The translations under genes were made by a program, and so were the position numbers. A stretch of 63,759 nucleotides of DNA, filler included, from Nemertoderma westbladi (Eukaryota; Animalia; Xenacoelomorpha): the NCBI GenBank assembly GCA_032718475.1. It is 3 parts of 3 records of this genome, joined end to end, with 100 filler letters (N's around TTAATTAATTAA, not from the genome) between each part and the next. Parts side by side here need not be neighbours in the genome. Positions count along the whole stretch, not along the records: positions 27,587 to 52,429 come from JAUCBJ010005645.1; 2 more parts are not named here. The stretch is one strand, 5' to 3'. Below the pieces are notes generated by a model. That model saw nothing but the letters and a program-made list of their open reading frames with translations. It did not search any database and was not told the origin of the DNA. Shown piece by piece: positions 32,431-47,400 of the stretch. How positions within the stretch are numbered: the stretch's first letter is position 1; every line of letters begins with the position of its first letter.

Positions 32431-35400
32431 TTTATTGTTGGGGTCCGAGTCGGGATTGTTTCCATCTACTTCGCTATCTCCTTCCTGCTCAGGACTCGAC
32501 TCATCCCTCATTTCTTCGATAACATCTTCACCCTGTTCCTCAAACGTCGCCCTCAAATCCCAAAGGTCCTGGAAGGAAACATAAGTTTGTAAATTAATAA
32601 GTTTAGTATAAGAACTATAATAATGTACAATTACCATTAATTCAGCTTTTTGTAAGAACCATTTGAAATATAACATATTTCCCTTGCGTTCTTCAATGTT
32701 GATAGTTTTCTTTAAATGTTGGCTCACTTTCTGAACCCTGATGATCCTATTCTGCCCGTCCTCCCGAGGGTGACGTGCAGACGGCGCAATCGGAGTGGCT
32801 GGTATGTCGGTCGCCTCTAGGATCTCCTCTTCCTCGAATACGCTCGCTCGTATACGGGGGTTATGTTGTCATATTTCACTCGTATACGGGGGTTATGTTG
32901 TCATATTTCACTTAGCAGTTGCAGTTTACACAATGTAAATAATGCCAGGTTTTCACTAAAACCACAGGTTAAAGAAGGGCTGAAGAAAACCAAAACAATA
33001 AACGAATTAGTATATGTACAGAGTATAAGATAGAAATGGGCGCTATAAAACACTTAATAGATTAATTATGACCCGGGTGTCCGAGTGGATACAGCGCCTG
33101 AATGCTTTCACAATAGCAGAATAGTGTTTGGTTTGGTGGCCCTGGTTCAAATCCGACTAAGGGCGGTATAAATTTCGCACCGTTGTTGTCTCCTTAACCC
33201 TATTAAACCCGGGGGGGGGAGGCAATATGACCCCCCCCCCCCCCCCAGTGGTTTTTTTATTATAATTCTGATACAAACGCAGTTGGGAATCTGAAATTTT
33301 ATGACTTTTCCTAAAAATCTAATGTCTTCCTAGTAGTGAAAACCGTTTTCAAAAATATTGGGTAGTTTTCGAGTTATAGCACCATTTTTTAACCCTACTT
33401 TTGGCACTTTTTTTGAGACGTTTTTTGAAAATTACATTTCATTAAATATTAATTGTAACATCTCTATTTTTGATTTACACCGGTTTTTTGGTGTTCACAA
33501 TTGGATGGAATTCATATAAATTGATTTAGAAATTTCAAACTTGTTTTTTTTCGGCGGGTGCCAAATTTTGGTGCCAGCACCAAGTTTTGAAATATGTCAA
33601 TTTTGTAAATTGATTGTTTCAAACTTGTTTTTTACGCAATTGGGGTTTTTTGGGGTTCTGGTTTCGATGAAATATATACGAGTTGCATCAAGCGTATCAA
33701 ACTTGTATTTTTCGGTGCTGTGTGCAAATTTTGGTGCTAGCACGAAATTTTGAAAATCCATTCAATAGATAAAATTGCTTGTGACAATTTATTTCTTGCA
33801 TTTTAGAGGTTTATGACTGTTCTGAATTCAATGGAATATATAATTATCAAACTAGACATCTCAAACTTGTATTTTTCGGAAGTGGGTGCAAAATGTGGTG
33901 CTAGCACCAAATTTTGAAAACCATCAAATATATCAATTGATTGTGTCATCTTGTTTCTTGCGTTATACGGGTTTGTTAGGGTTCTGAATTCAATGGAATC
34001 AGTAAAAATTTCATAAGAGTTTTCAAACTTGTATTTTTCGCCGGTGGGTGAAAATTGTTGTGCCAGCATCAAATTTTGGAAAATGAGTAAATTGATCAGT
34101 AGATAGTATCACCTTGTTTCTTGCGTTATACGGGTTTATGAGGGTCCTGAATCCGATGGAATCAATAAAAACAGCACTGGACATGGCAAACTTGTACTTT
34201 TTGGTGATGGGTACGAAATTTGGTGCTAGCACCAAAATTTGCCAAATTACGCCGAAAAATACAAGTAGCAATGATCTGGCATATTTGAAATGTATCCCAT
34301 TAGAATCAGCGCCCTAAAAAACCTGAAAATGTGAATTTATAGCATCGTATAAGTGAATTAAAAATTTTGTGTTCTAACTGAAAAGTGCTGGTTACTTGTT
34401 TTTTTCAATTTTTTCCTACGCATAGAGGGCTAAACATCCATTTATGGTAATCATATCATTTTTAAATATTTTCCAATGTATTTTGCGCCCCAGAAAACCT
34501 GTATTGAAAAACAATTAGCCGAAAAATGTAACTTTCAAATTTTGTGAAAATTATGCACTACTTGTAATTTTGGTGCTGCAATATTACCACCCCAGTACAT
34601 TTTTTCGAAAATTTTTTTTCGGACGGATCCAGACAAGTGATACCTACGTACAAACAAAAAACCAGACGTTTTCGTTAATATTTTTAGATTTTAGAGGGAA
34701 GGGTCAATATGACCCCCCCCCCCCCCCCCGGTATTTGTACAGCATTTTATAGCCAGGTACTAATAGGGTTAAGGAAGACACTTTAGACATTAGTGCTTAC
34801 GCCAACCCAGCGGTATAATGGGAACCTAGCTTTTGCTTGGGGAAAAAAATAACGCAGGCGCCCTTATAAGGCTGTAATAGTCCCCAAGGGCGCCTGCGCT
34901 AAAAAATATAAATGTATGTTTTATTTGTTTATTTTCGTTATGTTTATAAAGATAAATTAATACAAAATTCTTAATATAAACCATTTCGACCAAATAGTCA
35001 AATCATGGATTTTTTCATGGGTGTATTGTAGGCCAACAGCCCACCCCATTGTATACCAACAGCCCACCCCATTGTAGGCCAACAGCCCACCCCATTGTAG
35101 GCCAACAGCCCACTCCATTGTAGGCCAACAGCCCACCCCATTGTAGGCCAACACCCCACCCCATTGTAGGCCAACAGCCCACCCCATTGTAGGCCAACAG
35201 CCCACCCCATTGTAGGCCAACAGCCCACCCCATTGTAGGCCAACAGCCCACCCCATTGTAGGCCAACAGCCCACCCCATTGTAGGCCAACAGCCCACCCC
35301 ATTGTATACCAACAGCCCACCCCATTGTATACCAACAGCCCACCCCATTGTATACCAACAACTCACCCTACATCTGGACGCTGTATCATCCGAAGAGACA

Positions 35401-38400
35401 CTCATTAAACTAGACCGTCGCCTTTCCTTTAGAAACAACCCTAACGGTATTGGATTCTCCGACGATGAAGTATCACCACTCCCACTACTGGACGATATCT
35501 GCTTAACCGGTCCCCTGAAAACGAATCAGTGAGTCATAAATGAATAGTTAAAAATCAAATAAAATAATATTAAACATTTTATGCAGAATTACAAAATTCT
35601 AGAAATATCTGGTAGCTTATGAGATATGATAATTTCAATCATAAAATTCAGGACCATCTCTCCAGGCACTACTACATCAGTCACAACAATAGAACATAAA
35701 TAATAATATTATTTAATAAATTCTATACTAAAGTCAAGACAATAAGGTCGCGAAGAAATATTATAATAGTAAACATTAATGCCATATGTTGGATAATTGA
35801 ATTACTATGCTTTTTAATTTACAGGGTGAAATCTATTTCTAGAAACCATCATCTATAACTCAATAACCTCCTTTTTATCTCCATCATAGAGTCATTTCTA
35901 TCAAATCTACGTAAATAATAGCCATGGTTACTCCATAAAATCTGTAGCCTGTTCTATTTATTTACTATAGTTTATTGTTTTGGTTAGAATAATGTGCTAC
36001 TACAAACTTTGGCTTAATTAACATTGAGGCGAGATATTATTTCGCCCAGATGGTAGTAAATGTTCCTAAAGTGGGAGTAAAGGTAGTTAAGGTATATGTG
36101 TTTTAGATGCCAAAGTACCATCAATAGACATTATTTTTGTTTTGCTCTGAACCGCTAGCAGAATGGTTAGAGCGTCAGACTTTCAACTTGGATATCACCA
36201 GTTCGATCCCGCCTGGACGTCGTTGCCGATTTTGCAAAGCTGTATACCCAACGAATTGACATGAAAGAATAATATTCTAGTGTATGTGAATTACCAGTAA
36301 ATAGTGCATTTTTGGTTACAATTTGAGGGTGGATATTGACTAATAACTATTATTGCACTGGAGAAGTGTTAAAGACAATTCATTCATTAATTGATATATT
36401 ATCGCATTAATTATCTAATTAAATAGTAAAATAGTGATTGATATTAAAATACTATGCTACAACGATAACTAATGTTAATTATCTACACGAATAAATGGTG
36501 GCAACTGTTTCTCTCTCTAAGTTCGGTGGGCTACTGTAGTTTCTATTGAATCCACCTGAAAATAGAATCCCTTGATTTGGGATTCATTTTAACCTACTAG
36601 TTTCTAGTTTCTAATGTACTGATGGCTGATGCATTAATTTGTTGGTATAATTTTGGATTAAATTGGATTAAATTTTTAGTAAAAAAAAGTTTGTAATGAA
36701 TCCCATAATACATTGATCATTTATAATCCCTAATCATTTATACCGGTTTAAATGAATCCCTTGATCAACGGGATTCAATACAACAGGTTTAAATGAATCC
36801 CTTGATCAACGGGATTCAATACAACAGGTTTAAATGAATCCCTTGATCAACGGGATTCAATACAACAGGTTTAAATGAATCCCTTGATCAACGGGATTCA
36901 ATACAACAGGTTTAAATGAATCCCTTGATCAACGGGATTCAATACAACAGGTTTAAATGAATCCCTTGATCAACGGGATTCAATACAACAGGTTTAAAAG
37001 ACGTCTCTGGTTTTAAATGAATCCCCTTATATGCCTACTATTCCTCAGTTATTAGTATTCCTATTCAAAATAATTCCATTTTTTATCACAATGTCCTTCT
37101 TCATCTTATATTTTATTACTATATTGAGCGGATTCGCTACAAACATTTCTCTAAGAAGTAATTATTTTTTTAGATACATTTCTTTCAACATTATAATACT
37201 GTAGTTTGAGTAAGGTACAGTAGGTATGTGAATAAAAAATAATTTGTGTAGGCTTTAATGACTACAGTGCCACGGTTAGGGAGGGACACAACAGTAAATT
37301 CTATAGCATTAACTTGGATTTAATCCTGCACCGACTTGTCCATTCGGAAACTATGGCATTAATAATACGATTAATAATAAATTATTGTCTTTGTGCTATT
37401 CGATTACACAATATCATATTGTTGATCTAAGCTTCGGAAACATTATTCTAAATGGTCTTTGAATTGAAAGATTGGCAAAATTGAATAGGGTTTGTGTGCG
37501 AAAAAAATGTTGGGCTGGAAACAAATGAATAAGGGGAAAAACAAGGTGTCCTGAATCGAGGCTAGACTCTTGCATATTAAAAAATAACGTCGCCGGTAAA
37601 GCCAACTTAATGAAGTAAAGCTGCAATACTCAGATATCAAGCGCTGACCGGTAGGATCGGTAGGATCGGTAGGATCGGTAGGATCGGTAGGATCGGTAGG
37701 ATCGGTAGGATCGGTAGGATCGGTAGGATCGGTAGGATCGGTAGGATCGGTAGGATCGGTAGGATCGGTAGGATCGGTAGGATCGGTAGGATCGGTAGGA
37801 TCGGTAGGATCGGTAGGATCGGTAGGATCGGTAGGATCGGTAGGATCGGTAGGATCGGTAGGATCGGTAGGATCGGTAGGATCGGTAGGATCGGTAGGAT
37901 CGGTAGGATCGGTAGGATCGGTAGGATCGGTAGGATCGGTAGGATCGGTAGGATCGGTAGGATCGGTAGGCAAGGGAGTGCTGCCTACCCCTCAGGAAAT
38001 CTGCCGAGTTTATAATTGTAACCAGCATTATATCAATCTTCCCCTTTATTAATTTAATTAATTGTTGTGTCAAAGGACGTGCAAGACTCTCGGCTTTCAA
38101 TTAATATAAGCCACGTGTGAAATGATTGAGATTTAATTTGTATTTGAATCGATCGGAAATCTCTATCCATAGAAACCAAGATAAGAAATTATCAGAGCAC
38201 TGCGTAATGACGTTAAATCTGTAGCAGCCAATCACAGCCGATTTTCAAAATTGGCTTCCCGCGCTTAATTAAACCCGCAATTTCGACAGTTTCTATGTGT
38301 TTTTGCATAAAACACACCCCGCCACTCGATTCAGGGCAACTTGTTACCCCTTATTCATTTGTTTCTAGCCCAACAATTTTTTCGCGCATCAACCAACCCT

Positions 38401-41400
38401 ATTCCGCAATATATTAAAGTGGCTCTCTCACATAATGCCTGAAATATTGATAACATGCTGCAAATTCTGTACCGGTATATACTGCACCATTAGCATAACT
38501 CATCAAAATCCAACCACTATATATTATATTGTTCTTCTAAAGGCCCATGCACGTATAAGACTCATTTGAGTGCCTGGGGTAAGTATAGTGTAGGTTGTAC
38601 TGTAAACTAATAAAGCACAGCACACATAGACACTACTGGTACATCAACAAAGCGTTGTTTCGGGATAAAACTGACCATCAAAACTCCAAAAATGTTTAAT
38701 TAATCAAACTCAGAAACATCACCCCAGCTGCAATACAAATAATATAATATGGCGAGTTTAATAATATAATTTAAGATTAATTGTACCACAAAGTTATTTA
38801 TTTATTACGCAGTTAGTTATTTATTTTTCATTAAACTCTTAAAAGATGATAATGCTTTCCACTGGGTATAAAATACACAACCAGGCAGGGGGTGATGCAG
38901 ATTGTAGTACATCAGGTTAAATTATAAAACGTAATATTCTTCTGCAATATCGAGCAGTATATTTCCCAACTAGAGTAGTTATGTGTGCCTATGTGTCGTC
39001 GTGTGGGATAACATTGCATAAATCAACATTATGATAAAGTTCAGCATAACACGACACATTGTACTTAATGCTTGCGGAGATAAGGGAGGTATCCAGTTAC
39101 AAATGAAATAAAATATTTATTACAATAACGCGGAAGGCGTGGCCTTTTGGACCACGCCTTTATAGCTGATGACTTCAACTCTCCTCTCTAGCTATACTCT
39201 ATACTCAATAAGAGCTCTGAGTTATAACATTATTATAGCTAGAAAACAAACAGTGTAGTAGTGCGCTAGCAATCGCTCGAATTAATGCAAGTCAGAATAG
39301 CCAACTAAGTAGGGAAGTGCTGTGTGTGCAGCTCTATGAGTAATATTAGCAGCAACAGAACCATAAGATATTCTAGACAGGTGATTGGAGTGAGATGTGA
39401 CGACAGGAGTTACGGTAATACAACTCTTATCTTCTCACGTTTACTCACCTTCTCCGCCACTGCTCTGGCTTTGCTTTCACACCCCCCTCTGATACAGGCA
39501 AGGGGTAAGTGAACTGTCTTTCAAGCAGAGAAGACCTCCTCTCACCACTACCGGCATTGCCCAACGGTTGTTCGGCTTGTAGGCCTGGGGGTCGTGGTGG
39601 AGGGGCGATGGGTTCCGCATGCTGAACTCTTGAGAACAGTTGGCTGTCACTAAGTATCCTAACAGGAGTCATCTGATGAGACTTCCGATGTTCAGGAATG
39701 TCGCTCGCATCATTGGGTTGATGCCAGTGGCTTGAGGTATAGTCCTGTTGTGGAATAGGGTCATGTTGGTGGATGGGGTACTGCCGGCTCTGGTAGTCTG
39801 AGGAGAAGTTCATCGTCTTGGGATCAGCAGAATAAGTTCTTTCTCGATGGAATGTGTAGAAATCTTCTGCATAACAGAACATAATCACCAATTTATTTTT
39901 TACAGAAATATCCTTATGATTATAATTAGAAATTGCCTAGTAACCCCCCCCCCCCCCCCCCCCCCCCATTGCCCTATATATATTTTATACCAAACGTAGA
40001 GGTTTTATTTAAATTTTCTAGATATTTTATTTTGATGGGATGTAATTGTGGTGACATTTTTTCCAACTAATGATGCATCATGTTTCTTTGAGTCAACATC
40101 GCCCACCCAGCCACCCCAAACATTTTATATTTTAATTTATTTTACCTCCTTTTCTATCGGTGTAGCTGCTGTGTCTTCTCTCTTCGATATGGTGCGGGAC
40201 GCCCAGGAAATTCTGAGTTGATCCTTGCACTGCCAGTCTGTCCATCCCAGAAGCATCCCGCCCGATAACCACTCTCTCCCTCCCATGTGAATCAGCACCT
40301 CTCCCGTGCTTCATGCTATCTGTCCCAATACTGAAACTACTGCGACCATGCATACCAATGACCCTACCACGTGACACGTCATCGCGGCTGACGCCATGTA
40401 GATGCGACCCAGAAGTTGATGTGGCCTGGAGATTGCCGTGACTCGCTGGCGGGTAGATCTCGATCCCCGACCCACCTCCTATCCTATCATGTGCGGCCGC
40501 TGGGTAATGCCCGATACCTGGCCCTACACTAATTCTATCATGGGTTGAACCACCCCCTACATAGTGTCCTCGACCAGTATCATGCGATATCGAGGGGAAC
40601 TGTTGCCGCAGACTATCGTGGGGTATTCCAGAATATTGTTCCCGCCCGCTATAGATAATATTTTGATTTGTCTCCATCCAGTGGTAGTCTCCATATTGTC
40701 GACCGTCTATTTTGGTTGCAGGCTGTCTGGCCTCCCGACTCCAGGAACTACTTGCATCCTCTTGCCCACAAGGCGACACTCTTATTTCCTAAGAATTTAA
40801 AAAATTAATTATTATAGAACATTATTACGCAATAATAAATATTAAAACATATTATTTACATGATAAATAATTTGCTTATCAATGACAGTGAATGACATAA
40901 CTTCTCAGAGATTTATTATCGTATAAATCTAATATTATGACATTTTCATTCTAAAAATTATTAAACAATAATGCGCCTTATACGGTAGTTACCAGAACAT
41001 TCACAGACACACCAGGGCCATCATTATATAGCATACAAGAATGGCTTTGGAACAGTAAGAAATATATGAAAAAAAATGTTTTAAAAAGCCAGCTATAACT
41101 GCTAATTTGTATATGAAAGTGTTTACTCTGCTTAAATAAAACATTGTACTAGTTTGTTGTTTTCTAAACTGTTTAATTTTATTCGAAAGTTATTATTGGT
41201 TTCGCTTTATGCCTTAGAGCCAGTGGTATGCTAATGAATTTACATATAAATAAAGTTCGCTTTACGCGTTTTACACATCAAAAGCCCAGAGTCAGTCATT
41301 ACCCGTAGATTTTTGAATTTTTACTGTAAATAATTAAATGACACTTCTTTTTGTAAGATGCACCATTTACGGCATTAGTGCATTGTGTAATATTAAGTGC

Positions 41401-44400
41401 AATATTTTTTGAACCTGAAATAATATGGGTGTTGTTGTTTGCCTGGAGTGCCGCAGTAATATATATAAAAAACAATTAATGATTTCTTCGGAAATTATAG
41501 CAGCAAGACGCATTAATTTAGGTAATAATAACGTCACCTGCCAGAGAGCCAGTTGATATAGCTGAGGTAAATATAAGATGATTACCAATCCCGTGGAGTA
41601 TCATTCACACCCTTTAGGGATATCGACTTGAATACAAATTTGTCATATAATTAGCGGAGTATATCATTATTATCCTGACTGGATGACAGATATTCCCTAA
41701 CTTTATGACTTTGATAGAATATTATATACCACACACATCTTATTGAGAAACGACATATAATTCCTCTAAAGAAAGAAATGCCGTGACGCTGAGTAAGGTA
41801 TTGATTGCTGCTGCTATAGAGAACAGGGATTCAGGGATATTCATGTGGGGAATATTGTTGTCAATCTACGATAAATTAATTAGGAATTGTTTGCATGAGT
41901 TGCACATAACATATAGATTCCAGTGCTTTATCCTATTTCGCAGTGTAAACTAATGTGTTTGTATAATTTAATCCACGCCATAGATAGGCTCAGTAACAGT
42001 AAATTAGGTACAAAATAAGTTACTAATAATAATAATGCTGACCTTACACTACAAGCTATTATATTCTAGAACAGGAATGCATATATTAAACACGAAGTGG
42101 AGCCTTCGCGCAGAACGTGACATATGTTAAGTATCAACTCGAAATAATTATAAACAAAATATAAACAGATGTCCCATACTCATTTAATAGAATAATAATA
42201 ATAATATCAATCAAGAAGAAAGAATTATAAACATTAAAATGGGCTGAAGGTTTTCATTTCAGCTGCTACTGGACTACCGGTAGCGTTCTGGCAAGATTCA
42301 GCTTGAACCTATTAAAAGCAAATGAATTGGAGTTGAGCTGTTAATGCAACGCGCTTCCTCATTTCTTCCATTTCTGAACAAAACCATAATATTACATCAT
42401 TAAAAGCAGAGAAAGACATTTAATGTTTAGACATGTGGCCCTCTAGCGGGAGACTATTGTACTAATGGTGTATAAAGGTTTCTTGTTAATGCCTACAACT
42501 ACTACTACTATTATTATAATCGGGGTGGGCACATTGAGATGATATGATGGCTTTACCATCATGCAATCCGCAATAGGGTTGGTGCGCGAAAAATTGTTTT
42601 AGGCAGAAAGGAGACCTTCCTTAAACACGCTCTTTCGGCCGTTTCTTTGTGTTTTTACAAAAACCACACCCCGCCACTCGATTCAGGGCACCTTGTTACC
42701 CATTATTCGATTGTTTCTAGACTAACAATATTTTGTAGCACCAACCCTATCGGCATGCTCCAATGCAGCGTGCATTAATAATGCTGTGCCGGCTTATCAA
42801 CAAAATTGTTCCGCCACAACTCCCTATCACCCCATCACATTTGCTAGATCATCCGCATCTTCAAGGCCAGTGTACTTTAAGATGCGTCTCAAGAAAGTCA
42901 TGGGCTGTCCACCATGCTTATTCACTCCATGAGGCTGCCAAAGTACAACATTATGCACTGGCTGGTCCTCAAGGCGAAAGCAATGTCCTGCAAAGCCAAG
43001 TGTCAAGCTAGGGGAGATTAATAAACACCTCTAATGTTGTATAGCGTCTGATTAGATATGTCTTCATTGTACTTGACCCGGTATAAAGGTTAAAGGACAA
43101 ATATGGTAAAATAGTAGAAACATATGGGTCAACGTTTCTATGTCTAACTTTTATGGTTAACATGACAGATATTTACCTGGAGGTGTGAGGGTTGCTACAA
43201 TCTTGACTTTATTTACCTGAGGGTTGCTATGGGCACTCCTTTCATCCATTGAATGTCTATGAGACAACTTTCTCCCTAATTGCGGGACATCTAAACGCCC
43301 TTCCACTGATCCGTGGAGCAGTTGTCTCTCATTGTCAACTATTTGTTGATCGTAGATCCCAGTACGCCCACCACGACGGGGTGTGGAACCACCATCGTTG
43401 TACACTGAGTCATAGCGTGCAGATGTACCGGCAGTACGGGTGTCAGTGCCCCTAGATGGTGTGCCGCCAGTGCCACGTGGAGGTGTGCCGCCAGTGCCAC
43501 GTGGAGTTGTGCCACCAGTGCCACGTGTAGGTGTGCCGCCAGCGCCACGTGGAGGTGTGACACCAGTGCCACGTGGAGGTGTGCCGCCAGCGCCACGTGG
43601 AGGTGTGCCGCCAGCGCCCCTAGTTGGTGTGCCGCCAACGCCACGTGGAGGTGTGCCGCCAGCGACCCTAGTTGGTGTGCCACCAGTGCCACGTGGAGGT
43701 GTGCCAGTAGACCGCGGTTGGGGAAGTTTTCGCTCTCTGTGGCTATGACGATGGGGTGAAGAGGGTGCAACTTCTTGCTGAGCTAACCTGTGAGCATTAA
43801 CCGAAAAAAATGTAACAATTAATAATAAAAAAATAATAATGAACAATTACAAATAATACAAACAGGTTTTTATATATAGTATATACCTATTCATACCGAT
43901 ATATTATATTTTAGTTATTTATATATTAGTTATAAATTATTTGTATAAAAGATAGTTATACTACTACTACTAGGTCGAGCGAACTCGGACAGTGGAAATG
44001 AGATCCTTCCAGGCTTCCCGATTCTCCATAGTTGTCGCAATTTCGTTTCTCCCAAGTTCAGTATCCCTTTCAAGTTGATCTATATATGTTATGGCCGGTC
44101 GTCCACGACTACGCTTTCCATGAGTTGGTTGCCAGAAAAGTAGATCTGGTATGACCTCGTCTTTCCTTCAGTGCCCACTGAATCTTAATCTGCGTTCACG
44201 GAGGGTGGTTGATACAGGTGGTATTGTACCATAAAGCTCGGCGTTTGTCATGTGCTGTCTCCAGCTGATGTTTAGGGCTGCCCTTAGTACTCTTGTGTAG
44301 CAACCATCAATTCGTTGTTCAAATGATCTAGTCAGTGTCCAGGTCTCACCCCCGTATAAAAATACACTTTCCACTGTGGCTCGATTGCCAGGATTGAGAA

Positions 44401-47400
44401 AAACTCAGTTTCACCATCTGGTGAGAGTACCTGCGTTTCTGTGTCACAATATAACAATCCAATGCCAGTAACAATTACTTCTGGTATTTCATAAGCTCTT
44501 AGGATTTCAAGCATTTTACCTCTATGGATGGAGTGCCGGATGACTGCGGGGAGATTCTTTGACTTAATTCCTTCAATCAGTCTCCGTAGTGCAAGTATCT
44601 GAGCTATTGTTGATTTACTTGGTCGAAATCCGTTTTGGCTCTTACGCAGTAGTTTCTCTATGTGAGGCCTAATCCTATATAGAATCATTTTATTGTATAA
44701 TTTGGCAGCTACCACAAGCAGACAGATCCCACGATAGTTTGTTGGTATGCCGAATGGGCTTGGGGAGAAGCTTTAGTTGACCTTTAGTCCAAATTGGTGG
44801 TGGCTTTTCCCCTTTTAACATCCGGTTGCAAACATTCAATAATGGTCTGTTTAGCACTCCGGTTTTCCATACCTCCGCTGGGATTTCATCTAATCCACCT
44901 GCTTTATTATTGGACATGCTTAATGCTTCATTGGAGTTCGGCAGGTGTGAAGTCCCCTTTTCTATAGGTAGTGTCTTGTCATATATTTTCCTTGTAGGGC
45001 TGAACTCGATGTTTGGTGGCTGCCCAAGCAAGTTGCTGAAGTGATTTTTCCACTTCCCAACACGTTCTTCAGGACTATCGGCTTTGAGGCGCCCCCTTGC
45101 ACAACTTTGCACAGTTTGCCAGGTAAGTTTTGATTGTTGCTGTATGTGAGCAGTTGTAATTGCTTCAGTTTTATCCTGTATGTACTTTTCCTGGCTGATG
45201 TTGTAGGTCAATTTAAGATAGTCCGTAGCTTTCTCAACCTTGTTAATGTTTTCGGTTGTTGGTTGTTCGGTTTTAACTTTGTAGGCTATCTTAAGATCTT
45301 CTCTCTTATAAGTAACCTCAGAGTTTTGCCATGGCACATATTGTTTTCGTTTGAGTTTCTAGGGGATCTGCCTTTTAGCTGATTCCTTGTGGGCTATTAT
45401 TATATTCTGGTATATTGAATTGGTGGACTGATCTTCATCCATTGACTGAAGTGCTTCAAAGCGGTTTTGAACCTCTACTGTTTAAGCATTCTTTACAGCA
45501 TTGTCAGTTCTGAGTTTCTCCCAGTCATAGTTGATTTGCTTGCTTGTCCTGGGTTTGCTGGCTCTCAAACTGAGTCTGATCTCTGCAGTCACAATTCTGT
45601 GGTCCGAACCAATTAGGTTGAACGAGCTGTATGCCTCGCAGTTGATCATGCTGTTTCTCCACTTTTTGTTTATAAGGATGTAATCCAGTTGTGCTTTGGT
45701 TCCATTAGGGCATTGAAAGGTCCATAGCTTCCCCTTGCTCTTTTCGAATGTGTTGTTTTTTGGTATCCATTCACATTCTTCCATTAGGTCTAAAAGTAAG
45801 TACCCATTTCTATTAGAACTGGTGTTATAGGTTAACCCTTGATGTCTTCTGGTCCAATTTGCGCATTCAGGTCACCAGCAATTACTTTAACATTGTGTTT
45901 CGGAATGTCCTTAATAAGTCCAGTCAATTCTTCATAAAACTTGACTGCTTGTTCTGGCTCTGAGGCATTGGTGGGACTGTAGCAACATATAACTGTTGTC
46001 TTGGGATTCCCTTCAAATGTTGCGATCATAACCCTGGAATTTATAGATTCGATGTTGTTTAGTGTCCTAAGTGCAAATGGGCTTAGCAGAATTCCTACTC
46101 CACCAATTGATGCATTGGCCGAGTTTCTTACTGCTGAGCTTGTTACTAACGTCCATCCATTTCCAATGTCATTGTACTTCATGGCAGTGTCTTCATGACA
46201 AATCCGATGTTCTTGGATGCAGATGATGTCGATGTTATATTCCATTGCCAGAGCGACCATGTCACCCTGTTTGGTAAGTGCTTTCAGCGTGCGTGTGTTC
46301 ATTGTAGCAATCTTTAGTGTATTTTTACATTTCAACAGGTTGGTTATTCTTTCTTCTCTGTCTTCTATTCCAGTAGCCAATTTATCGACCCCAGCCTGGT
46401 GTACCACTGAGGGACGCGGTCCTTGTTGACCCGGGCGACGACCGAGCCGGTAGTTCTCCTGGAGGGTTCTCATACTCATATCTTTCAGTTGAGGGAGTAA
46501 ACCGCTTGTGGTCGCAACTCCTACAAGCGTCTTCGCAGTAGGTCGCCGTTGGTTGATTACATTCCGCCGACCTTGTCAGCATGTCTAGCCGTTGGTTGAT
46601 TACCTTCCGCCTATCCATGGCCTACAGCCCTGCTGCCGACTGTAGGGGTCCATTTGTTATACCCTGAACCAAGTGTTCCTCCTGGGTTAGGTTACCTAAC
46701 ACTGGTAGAGGAGCATACAGTATAGACAGGGCGGGGCGTGTATCATCTCTAATGCAGATGCGTATCAAGACTTTGCCTTCAATGGTGCCCTAGGCGCAAT
46801 AGCCCTCAATGACTTATTTAGTTGACGGGGCTAAACCAACCCACTCTTGATCAACTAAATAATGAATAGGCTATGCTTATCGGGCCTGCCCTACTGGGCT
46901 GACAGCTACAGTACAGGTAGTACCTACCACATTACTGCCATAGTGGTAGCAGGATCTGGGGACCTCACCTGACCTCCCTGATAAAAGATAGTTATACAGT
47001 TAGAATATCAAAAAAAATTTTATTATTATATGTTTCTTTTGAAAAATCAATGTAATTTAATTTCAATTTAAATTATTAATTATTGAGACCTCAAATAAAA
47101 TATAATTCAATATATAATGGAATTTAATATTCCCATAAAGCTGCATGTTAGTTATTATTTCTGATAGCTTCTATTTTTGATTACTGGGAAGAACTTTAGC
47201 TATACGATTAAGTAGGTACTTATCTAGCTGACAATCAAATTAGCTGAAGCTGAGGTTAATATGCTAATACTTCTATTCACCACTAAGCTATACTAAATCT
47301 CAAAATAACACTTAAAATTATTTGTTAGAATCTTGACGTGTTTTACATATGATCGGTAATATGTTATGGAGGATTAATAATGAAAAAAATAACTGATTAA

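Noticed and set aside
34957-35438. Trp/Gly-rich ORFs, and likewise ORFs at 37443-38100, 51140-51710, 52474-53153 and 54121-54477
   Set aside because: Translations of tandem repeats.
36151-36235. tRNA gene (also 33071-33165)
   Set aside because: A and B boxes are present but there is no coherent cloverleaf, and both run into repeat-family tails, so they are SINE heads.
36745-36997. CRISPR-like array of palindromic repeats
   Set aside because: Units are head-to-tail identical with no unique spacers, there are no cas genes, and the context is eukaryotic.
39130-39200. Hammerhead ribozyme candidate (hairpin plus CTGATGA)
   Set aside because: No stem II or GAAA follows the CTGATGA.
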